Assembly (NCBI GenBank): GCA_965198235.1
Contig: OZ240248.1
Span: forward strand, 96,001-160,000
Origin: Candidatus Poribacteria bacterium
GTDB taxonomy: Bacteria > Poribacteria > WGA-4E > WGA-3G
Direction: 5' to 3'
Length of the DNA stretch: 64,000 nucleotides
The notes beneath the pieces are model-generated. The model worked only from the letters and a program-made list of their open reading frames with translations. It was not told the DNA's origin and ran no database searches. A program made the translations under genes and the position numbers. The first letter of the stretch is position 1, and the number at the start of each line of letters is the position of its first letter. Positions 1-10,059 of this stretch are shown here, one piece after another.

Positions 1-624
1 GTTCGGACCAGCGGTGTGGCTCATCTGATGATGCCAGAAGCAGACATCGCCTGCTCCACCAGTGAATTCGTAACTCGGTCCTAAATCAAACGGTGCGATA
101 CCCCCTGGGAGACTATCCAGGTCATGGTGCCTGAAGTACTCTGCCCAAATCCGATGGCTTTCTGGCCAGACAGTAAATCCGCCACCCTGTTTTTCAACCG
201 TGCTAAGATAAACGGTAGCACCAAGCGTGAACGAACTAACGACACCTTTAGGCACACCGTTCGTAGGCGTGTGATAACCGTCAAGGTGTCCCATCGGTTC
301 GTTCCATTTTCTGTCTGGATCTGGAAAATTGATATGCGGTCCCGCGCCACCGCCCGCGTGCAATTTGTCTTCACCGACGAGTTCCTCTGCCATAGCGAAG
401 ACTCGGCTATTGTACGTCGTACCGCTGATAACATCTTCGCTACCAATGGGCACTGTGCGATAACCTTTGCGTATCCATGATTCCGGATCGTTTCTGTCTT
501 CGTCCATTGCTTCCCAGAGTCTGTCAAGTGCAGCATCAATCGCTTCCGGCTCCAGCGCATCACGCACAACCAGATAACCGTTTTCTTTAAAGAATTCTTT
601 GTCTTCCGCAGTTAAATGTCCCAT
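1..624 (-). CDS. Phytanoyl-CoA dioxygenase (PhyH) family protein, 3' end outside the window
   Basis: Not in ORF track. Manual translation from ATG 624: MGHLTAEDKEFFKENGYLVVRDAL...GHLDGYH...GGGFTVWPESH, with HxD motif and typical PhyH N-terminus. Confidence 0.85.
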   Translation of the reverse strand, partial: MGHLTAEDKEFFKENGYLVVRDALEPEAIDAALDRLWEAMDEDRNDPESWIRKGYRTVPIGSEDVISGTTYNSRVFAMAEELVGEDKLHAGGGAGPHINFPDPDRKWNEPMGHLDGYHTPTNGVPKGVVSSFTLGATVYLSTVEKQGGGFTVWPESHRIWAEYFRHHDLDSLPGGIAPFDLGPSYEFTGGAGDVCFWHHQMSHTAGPN

Positions 625-743
625 AGTTCTATTTTTCCTGTAATTTTCGTAATTTCCCGTTACGTTTGGAGACCGTTTATCCAGAATTGCGTTGACTTTA
701 GCAAGTATTGCGCTTAGATATCTTAGGGGATTGCATGTCTCTC

Positions 744-890
744 CTATCCTCCGGCAATCCAACGTATTAGAATGAACACTGCCGCTACACCAATGGCGAA
801 TATGATGGTTTCGAACGGAAACTCTAAAAACTTTGACAATCTCGACCTTCGCCAATCAAATATTGATTGAAAAAACGCCTTCCAACGCAT
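744..890 (-). CDS. Putative 48-aa single-pass membrane protein
   Basis: Manual translation MRWKAFFQSIFDWRRSRLSKFLEFPFETIIFAIGVAAVFILIRWIAGG*; GGGAG upstream of ATG; hydrophobic C-terminal helix; same strand as neighbours. Confidence 0.5.
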   Translation of the reverse strand: MRWKAFFQSIFDWRRSRLSKFLEFPFETIIFAIGVAAVFILIRWIAGG

Positions 891-972
891 GGATTTATCT
901 CCCGCGAAATTCAAACGACCAGGCGTTATAAAGTCGAGATGCTTGTACTACCTCGGATGGTATCAATTACCG

Positions 973-2097
973 CTACACGCGAACCTCAAACCCGTTTTCT
1001 TCCCTCGCTTTTTGGTAGGGTGCCTCATCCAAATTCAACCCAAAACCGGGACTTTGTGGGACGTTCACATAGCCATTTGATATGGAATACCCGGAGTCAT
1101 CTAAGCCAGGGGTGGTCGCATGATCCCATTCGACGAATTCAAACCGCTCCACCTTTGCAGCAAGGTGACACGATACATAATTCCCGTAATGCCCACCATA
1201 ATGATGGGGTGCTGTGCCGATGTTTGACGCATCTAACTCAGGACCGAGTTCAAGCCAGCGTGAGAAGCCAGGGTAGAAGATATCGTATTGGACAATATCA
1301 ATGAGTCCATCTTTTGCCCAGTCTACCAAATTCGGTGAAGCACCGCCTTCGCCATCAGCGATGCGGGTTTCTAAACCTTCGGCGTTTAGCCATTCTTTCA
1401 GCAGGCTATAAACCCGGGCATCCTCATGGAACGCCTCTTCCATCCAATAGACGTTTGCGTCTGCTGTTCCGCCCAGTACCTGTTTAGTGAGATTGAGATT
1501 GTAGCCGTTGTTTGCATCTATCAAAATCGATGCGTCAGGTCCCACTGCCTCACGTACAGCGTGGATAACATCAATGTCCCGTTGCGTTCCTTTGTCGAGT
1601 GGCATGTGCATCGCGCCGCGCCCTACTTTAATTTTGTAAGAATTATGTCCGCGTGCCTTTCCCTCTAATGCCTCAGACGCAATGAGCACCGCTGCTTCAG
1701 CATTGTCTTCAAGGTGCAAGTCGTCAATGTAAAGCGAAGTATCGTAACACGGGGCGCGAAACTCTCCGTTTTCTCCCGAAAGCATCGCGTAAACCGGTTT
1801 TTCCGCCAATTTTCCTACCAGATCCCAGAGTGGGTACTCTAACATTCTGAATTTTTCGGTGACACCGCGCTCTGCATCGAATGCATCACTGAGTTGAAAC
1901 CCAACAATCGCTTGCGCTTTTTCACGAGAAATCGGTGAAAATCCGAAGCCGCTCGCGCCATCTGTTGTTGTTATACGGGCAATAGCGGGACGGACGTGCA
2001 ACCCGTGTTCGCCGAGCCGCGAGTTGCAACCGGCTTTGCGGGGACGTTCACCTATCAAGCGTGCCCATTCAATCCGTTCGATTCTCACATTTTCCAC
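973..2097 (-). CDS. Mandelate racemase/muconate lactonizing enzyme family (enolase superfamily)
   Basis: KIKVG, IDANNG, WMEE, DGE and PHH motifs; GGAGG RBS before GTG. Confidence 0.85.
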   Translation of the reverse strand: MENVRIERIEWARLIGERPRKAGCNSRLGEHGLHVRPAIARITTTDGASGFGFSPISREKAQAIVGFQLSDAFDAERGVTEKFRMLEYPLWDLVGKLAEKPVYAMLSGENGEFRAPCYDTSLYIDDLHLEDNAEAAVLIASEALEGKARGHNSYKIKVGRGAMHMPLDKGTQRDIDVIHAVREAVGPDASILIDANNGYNLNLTKQVLGGTADANVYWMEEAFHEDARVYSLLKEWLNAEGLETRIADGEGGASPNLVDWAKDGLIDIVQYDIFYPGFSRWLELGPELDASNIGTAPHHYGGHYGNYVSCHLAAKVERFEFVEWDHATTPGLDDSGYSISNGYVNVPQSPGFGLNLDEAPYQKAREENGFEVRV

Positions 2098-2221
2098 TCT
2101 TACCGACCTCCGTAGGTATAGATTCAGTAGTGCTATTTCATTTAAAAGGAGAAGTGCGATCCTATTGCCTTGTATAGGAAGCTGCGCCTTAAAAAATGGA
2201 TAATTCTGGTAGAATCAGCCG

Positions 2222-2731
2222 CTATAATTGCGTTTCAAGTAGTGTTAAACTTGTCGGATCCAAATGATGATAGTTCTCAATCTCGTAACGATTGCCATCG
2301 GCATCTTTAATAAGCACCCTCCCGTTTTCAAGACTGACGACATCGTATCGAGTGCGCATGTTGAAAGCGACGGGACCGCGGTTCGTTTCCACCACCCACC
2401 GTGTAACACCGAATTCTCCATCAAGTTCATGGATTTTGGTGATCTTCGGCATAAAATACCGCTTCTGCAGCTCCGACACGAGGGTTTCCACTGATTCTCG
2501 TGGTAACTCTTTGATGTCCTGAATAATGCCGATTTCCTCCCCTTCGCTATCCAGCAGCGTGATATATTTGTTAATATCAGTGAGCGGGAAGGATCGGACG
2601 GCTTCGACTTTTGTGTGGCGTGTACCATCAGGCAGTTTAACCGTGAGCTCTTCAAATGAATTTCGCGCAATTTTGACGTTGGGAGCATCAAGGAATTGCA
2701 CCTCATCGGTAATCCGGGTAGCTTCCTGCAT
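2222..2731 (-). CDS. DUF1854 family protein
   Basis: VRSFPLT, YFMPKI, WVVETNRG and IKDADGNRYEI motifs; directly downstream of a fused ABC transporter. Confidence 0.8.
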   Translation of the reverse strand: MQEATRITDEVQFLDAPNVKIARNSFEELTVKLPDGTRHTKVEAVRSFPLTDINKYITLLDSEGEEIGIIQDIKELPRESVETLVSELQKRYFMPKITKIHELDGEFGVTRWVVETNRGPVAFNMRTRYDVVSLENGRVLIKDADGNRYEIENYHHLDPTSLTLLETQL

Positions 2732-2813
2732 AACGTGATTTCTCCTTCTTCTATAACAGGGAGGATGTAGTGCACACTTGGAAAGCGCGCACTATGAGAG
2801 TCTATTGTGTTGC

Positions 2814-5270
2814 CTACAAGGCACGAATCTTCGACAATTCCATCTGCTTTTCACACAAAACCGCATAAGTCCCGTCTTTGGCAAGAAGTTCCTCATGCGT
2901 ACCGATTTCGTCAACCTTTCCGTCTTTCAGCACAACCAGCCGGTCGGCATACTTGAGAGTGGAGAGTCGGTGTGCGATAGCAAATACAGTGCGACCGCGG
3001 ACAAGCCGTTCCAACGCTTCCTGAATGTTCGATTCGGTCTCTGTATCTACAGACGATGTCGCTTCGTCTAAGATGAGAATTCTCGGATTTTTCAGGATCG
3101 CGCGGGCGACAGAAATTCGCTGCCGTTCACCACCGGATACGCGAGCCCCACGTTCACCCACCATTGTATCGTAACCATCGGCGAATTTGATGATGAACTC
3201 ATGCGCATTTGCGGCTTTCGCTGCGGCGATAATCTCATGCCGGGAAGCACCCGGTTTCGAGTACCCAATATTCTCAGCTACTGTCCCTTGAAACAGGAAT
3301 GGATCTTGAAGTACGACACCTACCTGTTGTCGCAGGGCTTTCAGTTTAACATCGCGGGTGTCATATCCATCAATCTTTATTGAGCCTTCACTCGGATCGT
3401 AGAAGCGGGTAATCAGGTTAATAACAGTGCTTTTTCCTGCCCCACTATGTCCGACAAGTCCAATCATCTCACCCGCTTTCGCATGGAAACTGATACCGTT
3501 GATAGCATTCTTTTCTGTGTCGTAAGAGAAATAAACATCCTTGAATTCGACATCGCCTTTGATGTTTTCAAGGCTGATCGCATCTTCTCTATCCGCGACA
3601 CTTGGGGGTGTATCTATGATTTCAAACACCCGGTCCGCAGAAGTTGCGGCTCGGATGAACCTTTCATTCATCTGACAGAGCGTGTAGACGGGCCTGAAGA
3701 AACGTCCCATCAATGCCTGGAACATAAAGAGCTCGCCGAGCGTTAATAGCCCCTCAAAGATTTGTGAACCACCAATCAACCATATTAGGATAGAACCGGA
3801 AAAAATAATAAATTCCATGATCGGGCGGTACAACGTCCACAATTTCGCTGCATTCATTTCCCCATCGAACACCTGATATGTCTTTTCGTTAAATCGGTTT
3901 ACCTCATAGCGTTCGCGTGCGAAGGCTTTGACAACCCGCACGCCAGGGATGGTGCTTGCCAATATAGTACTAACATCGGCATACCGCTTCCATAGCACCG
4001 AAAACACCTTGCCCATCTTCTTCCCAAAAAAGATGGTGAAGAAAATGAGGCAGGGCACCGGAATCAGCGTCCATGCAGCCAGTTTCCAATTGGTGAGGAA
4101 CATAATGGCGCAGATGTTGACGAGCGTCAGCGAATCACCGATCAAGTCCTGTAATCCGTTCGCGATGAAATCTCTGAGCCTCCCTACGTCGTTTGTGATT
4201 CTTGACATCAGGTTCCCGGTATCACGCTGATTGTAAAAATCTAACGAGAGTGCGTTGAGGTGTTCGTATGTTTCGTTTCGAAGCCGGCGCGTAATATTTT
4301 GCCCCACCCACGCCATCATATAGCCACGCACAGCGGAAGCCCCCATGGCGAAAACGTTGAAGCTGACCATCAAAAGGACAATGGTGACGAGATGTCCCCA
4401 AGTTCCGGCGACTGGAAGTGTTAGCCAACCTGATATGCCCTCAACTATTCCGCCGAGAAGCCCCCACGTCGGCGGCGGAATTGGCTCGCCCGTCGCTGTT
4501 AACGTAGCTCCGCTCATGGTCCTTTCTGCTGGCACAAGGATATTATCAACCATCTCCTTGCTCAGAACAGCTGGGAGAAGCGAAACGAGTCGGATTACCA
4601 TCATCAATGCAAGCGCCGGAACGGCAACGTGGCAGAAGGGGTACGAATATCGAATGAGCCGGAAGATGAGTTTCCGTTTTTCAACACAATGAATACAAAC
4701 ACCCGACCAGCGTGGCAGCGGCTTTCCACATGTTTCGCACTTGTTTTTATTTTTTCCCCAACCTTGTGGACGATGTTGTTTCTCATGTTCTACATCCGGG
4801 TTCGCTTCCTGAACTAATGTTTCTAATTCAGGGGTTGCCAACTCAAACTTTGGCGAGACGCGGCGCGAGTAGCGGGCAAGCTCCATCGCGTCCTCGGATG
4901 TTCTGACCTTGAGAATATTGTTACCGTACATCTCAACGATCTCAACAGCCTCAACCGATGTAAGCGGGATTTCACGAAGTGCATGTTCCGGCGCACCGTT
5001 CTGGTTAAAAGCGATGAGCCGTTTATCAGTAGCGATTACCCAATCTTTGCCGTAGTTACCGTCAAACCGTAGGTCGGTTGAAACAGCAACTTTAATTTCC
5101 TCCCCATTTGCGAGTAGTGCCTGTGCCCGTTCTTCCAATTCTTCGGGCACTTCTTCCATTGTTGTTAACTCTTCGTCAGCTTGTGGCTCAGATGCGGAGT
5201 GTCCATTTGAAGGACGTTTCCGTAGAAAATCCCGTCTTACGTTGGATGATCTCGGCATTATTCCGCGCAT
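2814..5270 (-). CDS. ABC exporter, fused permease/ATPase, with N-terminal extension and Zn ribbon
   Basis: GHSGAGKS Walker A, VSGGERQR signature, ILILDEAT Walker B, multi-TM domain, CETC...CIHC. Confidence 0.92.
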   Translation of the reverse strand: MRGIMPRSSNVRRDFLRKRPSNGHSASEPQADEELTTMEEVPEELEERAQALLANGEEIKVAVSTDLRFDGNYGKDWVIATDKRLIAFNQNGAPEHALREIPLTSVEAVEIVEMYGNNILKVRTSEDAMELARYSRRVSPKFELATPELETLVQEANPDVEHEKQHRPQGWGKNKNKCETCGKPLPRWSGVCIHCVEKRKLIFRLIRYSYPFCHVAVPALALMMVIRLVSLLPAVLSKEMVDNILVPAERTMSGATLTATGEPIPPPTWGLLGGIVEGISGWLTLPVAGTWGHLVTIVLLMVSFNVFAMGASAVRGYMMAWVGQNITRRLRNETYEHLNALSLDFYNQRDTGNLMSRITNDVGRLRDFIANGLQDLIGDSLTLVNICAIMFLTNWKLAAWTLIPVPCLIFFTIFFGKKMGKVFSVLWKRYADVSTILASTIPGVRVVKAFARERYEVNRFNEKTYQVFDGEMNAAKLWTLYRPIMEFIIFSGSILIWLIGGSQIFEGLLTLGELFMFQALMGRFFRPVYTLCQMNERFIRAATSADRVFEIIDTPPSVADREDAISLENIKGDVEFKDVYFSYDTEKNAINGISFHAKAGEMIGLVGHSGAGKSTVINLITRFYDPSEGSIKIDGYDTRDVKLKALRQQVGVVLQDPFLFQGTVAENIGYSKPGASRHEIIAAAKAANAHEFIIKFADGYDTMVGERGARVSGGERQRISVARAILKNPRILILDEATSSVDTETESNIQEALERLVRGRTVFAIAHRLSTLKYADRLVVLKDGKVDEIGTHEELLAKDGTYAVLCEKQMELSKIRAL

Positions 5271-5454
5271 AGATTAAAACCCCCAGAGATTTTATAAGGC
5301 ATGGCTTACCAGCCTGTGTTAAACAGTTAAGATACTTTATTTAACGTAGAAAATACAAAAAGGGTTAAATTAAAATGCAAAAAATTGACGAAAAGTATAG
5401 ATATACGTGAAATTAGCGGATTTTATCACCAATAATCTCAATTTATCGGTCAAT

Positions 5455-5871
5455 TTATGGGTTCGGTGGGGATGTACATATCAACACTTCCATAGACTCA
5501 TCACCTGTATTTTCGATGCCATGCTCACACCACGGTGGAAGATGAATGAATGTTCCTACTTCAACAGGCACCTTTTCACCGGCGAGGGTCATCACTCCTT
5601 TTCCTTTTAAAATCACGTAGCATTCCTCGGTATGATGGCTCCCCGGTTCAAGAACAACGTGTGGTGGCACAAAAAACACCACTAAGCCCAAATTTTGTGC
5701 GGGCGCGTTCGGATTGGCAGGATGCACAACACGTACACCGATACCATCGCAGCCCGAGTATTTGACAGGCACGCCGTCTTGAACCGTGACAACATTCGCT
5801 TGCACCTGATGTGCGGGTTTCGGAATAGGAGGTTCCCCTTGATACCCTTTGAACATAGTAATTTTTGCCAT
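5455..5871 (-). CDS. Cupin domain protein
   Basis: HHTEECYVILKGKG and GTFIHLPPWCEHGIEN cupin motifs. Confidence 0.85.
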   Translation of the reverse strand: MAKITMFKGYQGEPPIPKPAHQVQANVVTVQDGVPVKYSGCDGIGVRVVHPANPNAPAQNLGLVVFFVPPHVVLEPGSHHTEECYVILKGKGVMTLAGEKVPVEVGTFIHLPPWCEHGIENTGDESMEVLICTSPPNP

Positions 5872-5915
5872 TTTTTTCTCCTTTGTCGTAAGTACTAAAG
5901 TTTGGACAATTTCCA

Positions 5916-6017
5916 GTAGGTTGGGTTGAGCGGAACATCAAAAAATAATGCCTTGTGACAAAGAGAACTTCGCTGTTTACAAGACCTGAACATTCCCAGA
6001 TGCCAGCGAAACCCAAC
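5916..6017 (+). repeat. REP-like element, GTAGGTTGGGTTGA...GAAACCCAAC family
   Basis: GTAG tail plus inverted GTTGGGTT/AACCCAAC; related copies at 15005-15251 and, degenerate, 56329-56360. Confidence 0.7.
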
Positions 6018-6078
6018 TAAAGTTAACTCCCCTTTAATTCCATCGGGGGTAATATATCTATAGAAAAACGTATCGTCT

Positions 6079-6104
6079 GTAGGGGTAGGTCTTGTGCCTA
6101 CCCG
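6079..6104 (+). repeat. GTAG-type REP-like palindrome
   Basis: GTAGGGGTAGGTCTTGTGCCTACCCG hairpin next to the SDR stop. Confidence 0.6.
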
Positions 6105-6114
6105 CAGCACTGAT

Positions 6115-6933
6115 TTACCAGTCTCGCGTATAACCCGCCGTCCAGCCGCCGTCTACCGTGAGGATAGTCCCGTTGATGTAACTTGCATCTGGTGAGACGA
6201 GGAAGAGCACCGCTGCTGCGATTTCAGTCGTTTGCCCCGGTCTTCCAAGCGGAATATGCGATAGCAGACTCATGGCGTTTTCTGTGTACGCGCCGTCATC
6301 TCCGTAAAAAAGTGCCTTCGTGCCACGCGTCAAGGTGGAACCGGGGGCAACAGCATTTACCAGAATCCCTTCCGGTCCCAGTTCCAACGCCATTGAACGC
6401 GTCAGATTCGCAACACCCGCTTTCGCCGCAACGTAAGCACTCTGTAAGCGCAGCGGCACCAATCCAGCAATAGAACTGATGTTGACAATACGTCCAGTCG
6501 CGTTTTCGGAGCCAGACTTGCTGTGCGTATCCAAGATATGAGGGATAACAGCACGGCTCGTCGCAAAAACACCCGTGAGGTCTATTTCCAAGATCCGTTG
6601 CCAGTCCTCTAAGGTGTACTGATGAATCGGCACCCTATCACTGCGCGTGTTAATGCCGGCATTGTTTATCAAAATCTCAATTTTGCCAAAATGCGCCGTA
6701 ATCCGAGCCGCAACATCCTCCATTTGTGCTGCGTCTGAGACGTTGCCTTCCACAAACAGAGAGGTCCCCCCCATTTCTTTAACCTCTTCGACAGTTTTCA
6801 TGCCCGCCTGTGTGTCAATGTCAACAATTGCCACTTGTGCACCATTGCCAATCAGCGCGTCCACGGTAGAGCGACCGATGCCATTCGCACCCCCAGTAAC
6901 AACGGCTACCTTTCCCTCAAGTTCAACTTTCAT
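6115..6933 (-). CDS. Short-chain dehydrogenase/reductase
   Basis: TGGANGIG, NNAG, YVAAK and VDGG motifs. Confidence 0.92.
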   Translation of the reverse strand: MKVELEGKVAVVTGGANGIGRSTVDALIGNGAQVAIVDIDTQAGMKTVEEVKEMGGTSLFVEGNVSDAAQMEDVAARITAHFGKIEILINNAGINTRSDRVPIHQYTLEDWQRILEIDLTGVFATSRAVIPHILDTHSKSGSENATGRIVNISSIAGLVPLRLQSAYVAAKAGVANLTRSMALELGPEGILVNAVAPGSTLTRGTKALFYGDDGAYTENAMSLLSHIPLGRPGQTTEIAAAVLFLVSPDASYINGTILTVDGGWTAGYTRDW

Positions 6934-7046
6934 CTGATTTCTCCTTTTCTGCCTCGGTTTTCTGTAGGACCGGTCTTCTGATAACGGTGTAGATAGTTAT
7001 AAGCCTCGCGATTCCTGAAATTTTCGGAAGCCTGCAATGCCATACG

Positions 7047-8717
7047 TTATATAGCAAGTTTTGGCTTGCGAGCTACGCCAAAAAATAGCAAGACAATTAA
7101 ACCCGTTCCACCGGCAATTCCAATCGCTGAGGAGATGCCGAACGCGGCAGGAAGATAGCCGCAAACTAAAGCGATGACCGCAACAGTGAGGCTATACGGC
7201 AGTTGTGTCCTCACGTGATGAAGCGGATCGCAGTTACTGGCGATGGAACTGAGGATTGTTGTATCTGAAAGTGGCGAGCAGTGGTCCCCGAAGATGGCAC
7301 CGTCTAACACCGCACCGAGGCAAATGATTGTTGTGAGTCCGTAACTCCCATTATCCAGCGAGAACGCCACTGGGATCGCTGTGGGAATCAGGATCGCCAT
7401 CGTGCCCCAACTTGTCCCAGTTGCAAAAGAGGTAACGGAGGCGCAGATAAAAACGAAGACCGGAAACCAGAGTGGCGACACAATATCGCTGAGCATCGTT
7501 GCGAGGAATTGACCCGTCATCAGTCTATCGCAACTCGCTTTTAACCCCCACGCCAATAACAGAATACTCAACGGCGTGAGGCTTCCCTTCACACCGCTCC
7601 AAACAACCGGGACGATGTCCGAGAATTGCAGTTTTGAGAGCCAGCGTGCACAAACAATTGAGACAATAAAGGCACTCGCTGCCGCACAGGCAAGAATCTT
7701 GACATTATCTGCCTTTGAAAGAGCATCTCGCCATGCAGTTAGGGAGAAAATAAACCCTGTCCCCTCACCATCTATCCAGAAACCCCCCAACAGCAATCCG
7801 AAAAGCGTTAAGAGCGGTAAAACCGCTGAAAATGGTTGTGTGACAGCATTGGGTAGACTGGTGAAAGATGAAGTGTGTCCAAGTGCTTTAGCATCCGGGG
7901 CGGCGATGTCTCCTGTCTCCCGTGCACGCCTTTCTGCCTTGTGCATCGCGCCGTAATCTCTGCCGCTGAGAGCATTGACAATGACGAAAATAATCGTCAG
8001 GATACAGTAGAACCGAAAGCTGAGAGCATCAAAGAACATGGAATACCCGTCACGTTCGAGACCGATTGTTTTGGCGATATCTTCAAAGAGACCCACTTCA
8101 TAACCGATCCAAGTGCTGACGAACGCAAGACCCGCAATCGGCGCACTCGTGGAATCCACAAGAAATGCCAATTTCTCACGACTGACGCGATGATGATCGG
8201 TGAGTGGACGCATCGTGGGACCCACAAGCATAGCGTTGGAGTAATCCCCGATGAAGATGACGATCCCCATCAAACCCGTGATAAATTGGGCTGAACGGGG
8301 TCCCTTGGCAAACTGAGAAAGCCATACAACAACGCCACCAATACCACCAGACGCTACCACAACGGAGATCGTCGCCATGATGAGGCACACAAACAGGACA
8401 ACCCAAAAATTGAAAAGGTCCACACCGTCATTTCCAATGCTCACGGCACGTACAAACCAAACGGTTTCCGTCAAAAAACCGATTGGGGTGGTACTTTGCT
8501 GATACCACGAGAGGACAATCCCCACACCTACCGCTATGCTGAGACTTGGAAGCAGGCGCGTTGTTAGAATAGCTAACGTAACGGCAAGCAACGGCGGAAT
8601 TACGCTGTACCACACAAGGGTTTCCGCATCGCTCACCTGTTCTGCTCGCCACCTAAGAGCAAGACTGATGACCAAAAATATTAAAAAACCGATAACATAT
8701 TTCAATTTAGAATTCAT
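7047..8717 (-). CDS. Na+/H+ antiporter NhaC family transporter
   Basis: SREKLAFLVDSTSAP, FATGTSWGT, GDHCSPLSDTTILSS; start moved to ATG 8717 after GAGGA (track start 8804). Confidence 0.88.
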   Translation of the reverse strand: MNSKLKYVIGFLIFLVISLALRWRAEQVSDAETLVWYSVIPPLLAVTLAILTTRLLPSLSIAVGVGIVLSWYQQSTTPIGFLTETVWFVRAVSIGNDGVDLFNFWVVLFVCLIMATISVVVASGGIGGVVVWLSQFAKGPRSAQFITGLMGIVIFIGDYSNAMLVGPTMRPLTDHHRVSREKLAFLVDSTSAPIAGLAFVSTWIGYEVGLFEDIAKTIGLERDGYSMFFDALSFRFYCILTIIFVIVNALSGRDYGAMHKAERRARETGDIAAPDAKALGHTSSFTSLPNAVTQPFSAVLPLLTLFGLLLGGFWIDGEGTGFIFSLTAWRDALSKADNVKILACAAASAFIVSIVCARWLSKLQFSDIVPVVWSGVKGSLTPLSILLLAWGLKASCDRLMTGQFLATMLSDIVSPLWFPVFVFICASVTSFATGTSWGTMAILIPTAIPVAFSLDNGSYGLTTIICLGAVLDGAIFGDHCSPLSDTTILSSIASNCDPLHHVRTQLPYSLTVAVIALVCGYLPAAFGISSAIGIAGGTGLIVLLFFGVARKPKLAI

Positions 8718-9127
8718 CAGCGTCCTCAGCATATCCGCTTTGGATTCGTAAGACTTACTTATTCCCCTTATGTGCATGATAGCAACTTTTGGTGCAGCTT
8801 GCAACCTAAAACTTATCGGATTTTACTATAAAAAACCTAATGTGCCTTCTTTCAAAAAGTTGCGCTGTCTTTCACAATTTCAAGCAATTTTGCCAACTTT
8901 TAGATGAGATCGCAGATTTTTCATTTTTTTTCGGAACTATGCACGATTTCCATCTAAAAACTGGCCTAGCGCGTAGGTTGAGTTGTAAAAGAGCAAATTT
9001 TGTATGAATACGGACATTTTTTGAAAAAAAAAGACTTATTGTGTCGGAATTCACCCCAAATTTGCGTGATTTATATATGAAGGCAATCAAAAGATTACTT
9101 GCGAAAGGATGAGTCAGCAATTGAAAG

Positions 9128-9835
9128 GTGAACAATGTTAGTTTAAATCGGCGATTCTTAGAAACTGACGATGAAGAAGAGGCGTGTAGACTACTCTTCA
9201 ACGAGTATTACAAAACCGTCTTCAACGCAGTTGATAGAATGCTGGGTAATCATTCAGATCTCCCTGTAGATGCCGATGACATCACTAGCGAAACCTTTAC
9301 TAAAGCCTTCAATAAGAGGAAGGAAATCCGAGAACCGGAGAAGTTATTGGAGTGGTTGATAACGGCAGCGAAAAACCTCATGATTGACAAGATGAGAAGA
9401 TTTCGCTCCCAGACGCGACGTTTGCCAATCGAATCGCTTGACGGTCTTTACGACAGCGAAGGAGAGGTACCTCTCGCGGAAACCGATACCGAACAAGCCG
9501 AAGCAAATCGGTATCTGGTAGCACAACTCCTCCGTCTCCTCCAAGACAGGGATCGAGAAATCGTAGCGTTTATGCTTGATGAGTTATCCCCCAAAGAGAT
9601 AGCAAAAGAGATCGGCTCTACACCGGAAGCAGTTCAGAAGAGATGGGAACGAATCCGCAAGTGGTTGGAACCCGTCGCCCGCAACTTAGAGTCGTTGGTA
9701 GACTGCCTCCCGGAGGAGAACGACAGAAAGATCATGGAACGGTACTTGGATGGACAACCTCTATCGGCAATTGCGAAAGCAATCGGTATCTCTCCTTTTG
9801 CCGTTGAGCGGACGGTGAAACGTGTGATCGCATAG
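9128..9835 (+). CDS. ECF-type sigma-70 factor with duplicated region-4 HTH
   Basis: Region 2 DADDITSETFTKAF...WLITAAKNLMID; two region-4-like units, LSPKEIAKEIGSTPEAV and PLSAIAKAIGISPFAV. Confidence 0.8.
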   Translation: MNNVSLNRRFLETDDEEEACRLLFNEYYKTVFNAVDRMLGNHSDLPVDADDITSETFTKAFNKRKEIREPEKLLEWLITAAKNLMIDKMRRFRSQTRRLPIESLDGLYDSEGEVPLAETDTEQAEANRYLVAQLLRLLQDRDREIVAFMLDELSPKEIAKEIGSTPEAVQKRWERIRKWLEPVARNLESLVDCLPEENDRKIMERYLDGQPLSAIAKAIGISPFAVERTVKRVIA

Positions 9836-10059
9836 TGGAAGAAAGTTTCCGCAAGACAGAATCCCACGGATCCCGTTTCTGCAATAGTTAAGAAGGAGGA
9901 ATAATTTTTCACCAAAATGCCGGCGCGGACTGATTTATGTCAGTGCCAGCACTTGATTAGGGAACTTTGCAACTATTGCGAGTTTATATAATAGGATAGA
10001 ATTAATAGCGTAAAGGGTTGAAACGCGAGATTTTCACACAGTTACGCGAGGAATTCAAG

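Noticed and set aside
81-569. Track ORFs 81..569(-) and 124..480(+)
   Set aside because: Shadow frames of the PhyH gene starting at 624
8872-9201. 109-aa minus-strand ORF
   Set aside because: Overlaps the sigma start and an AT-rich promoter region; no recognisable motif
9833-9835. Pyrrolysine or alternative genetic code at the sigma TAG
   Set aside because: Several other genes here end normally at TAG and no pyl genes are seen; kept only as a possible nonsense or readthrough site
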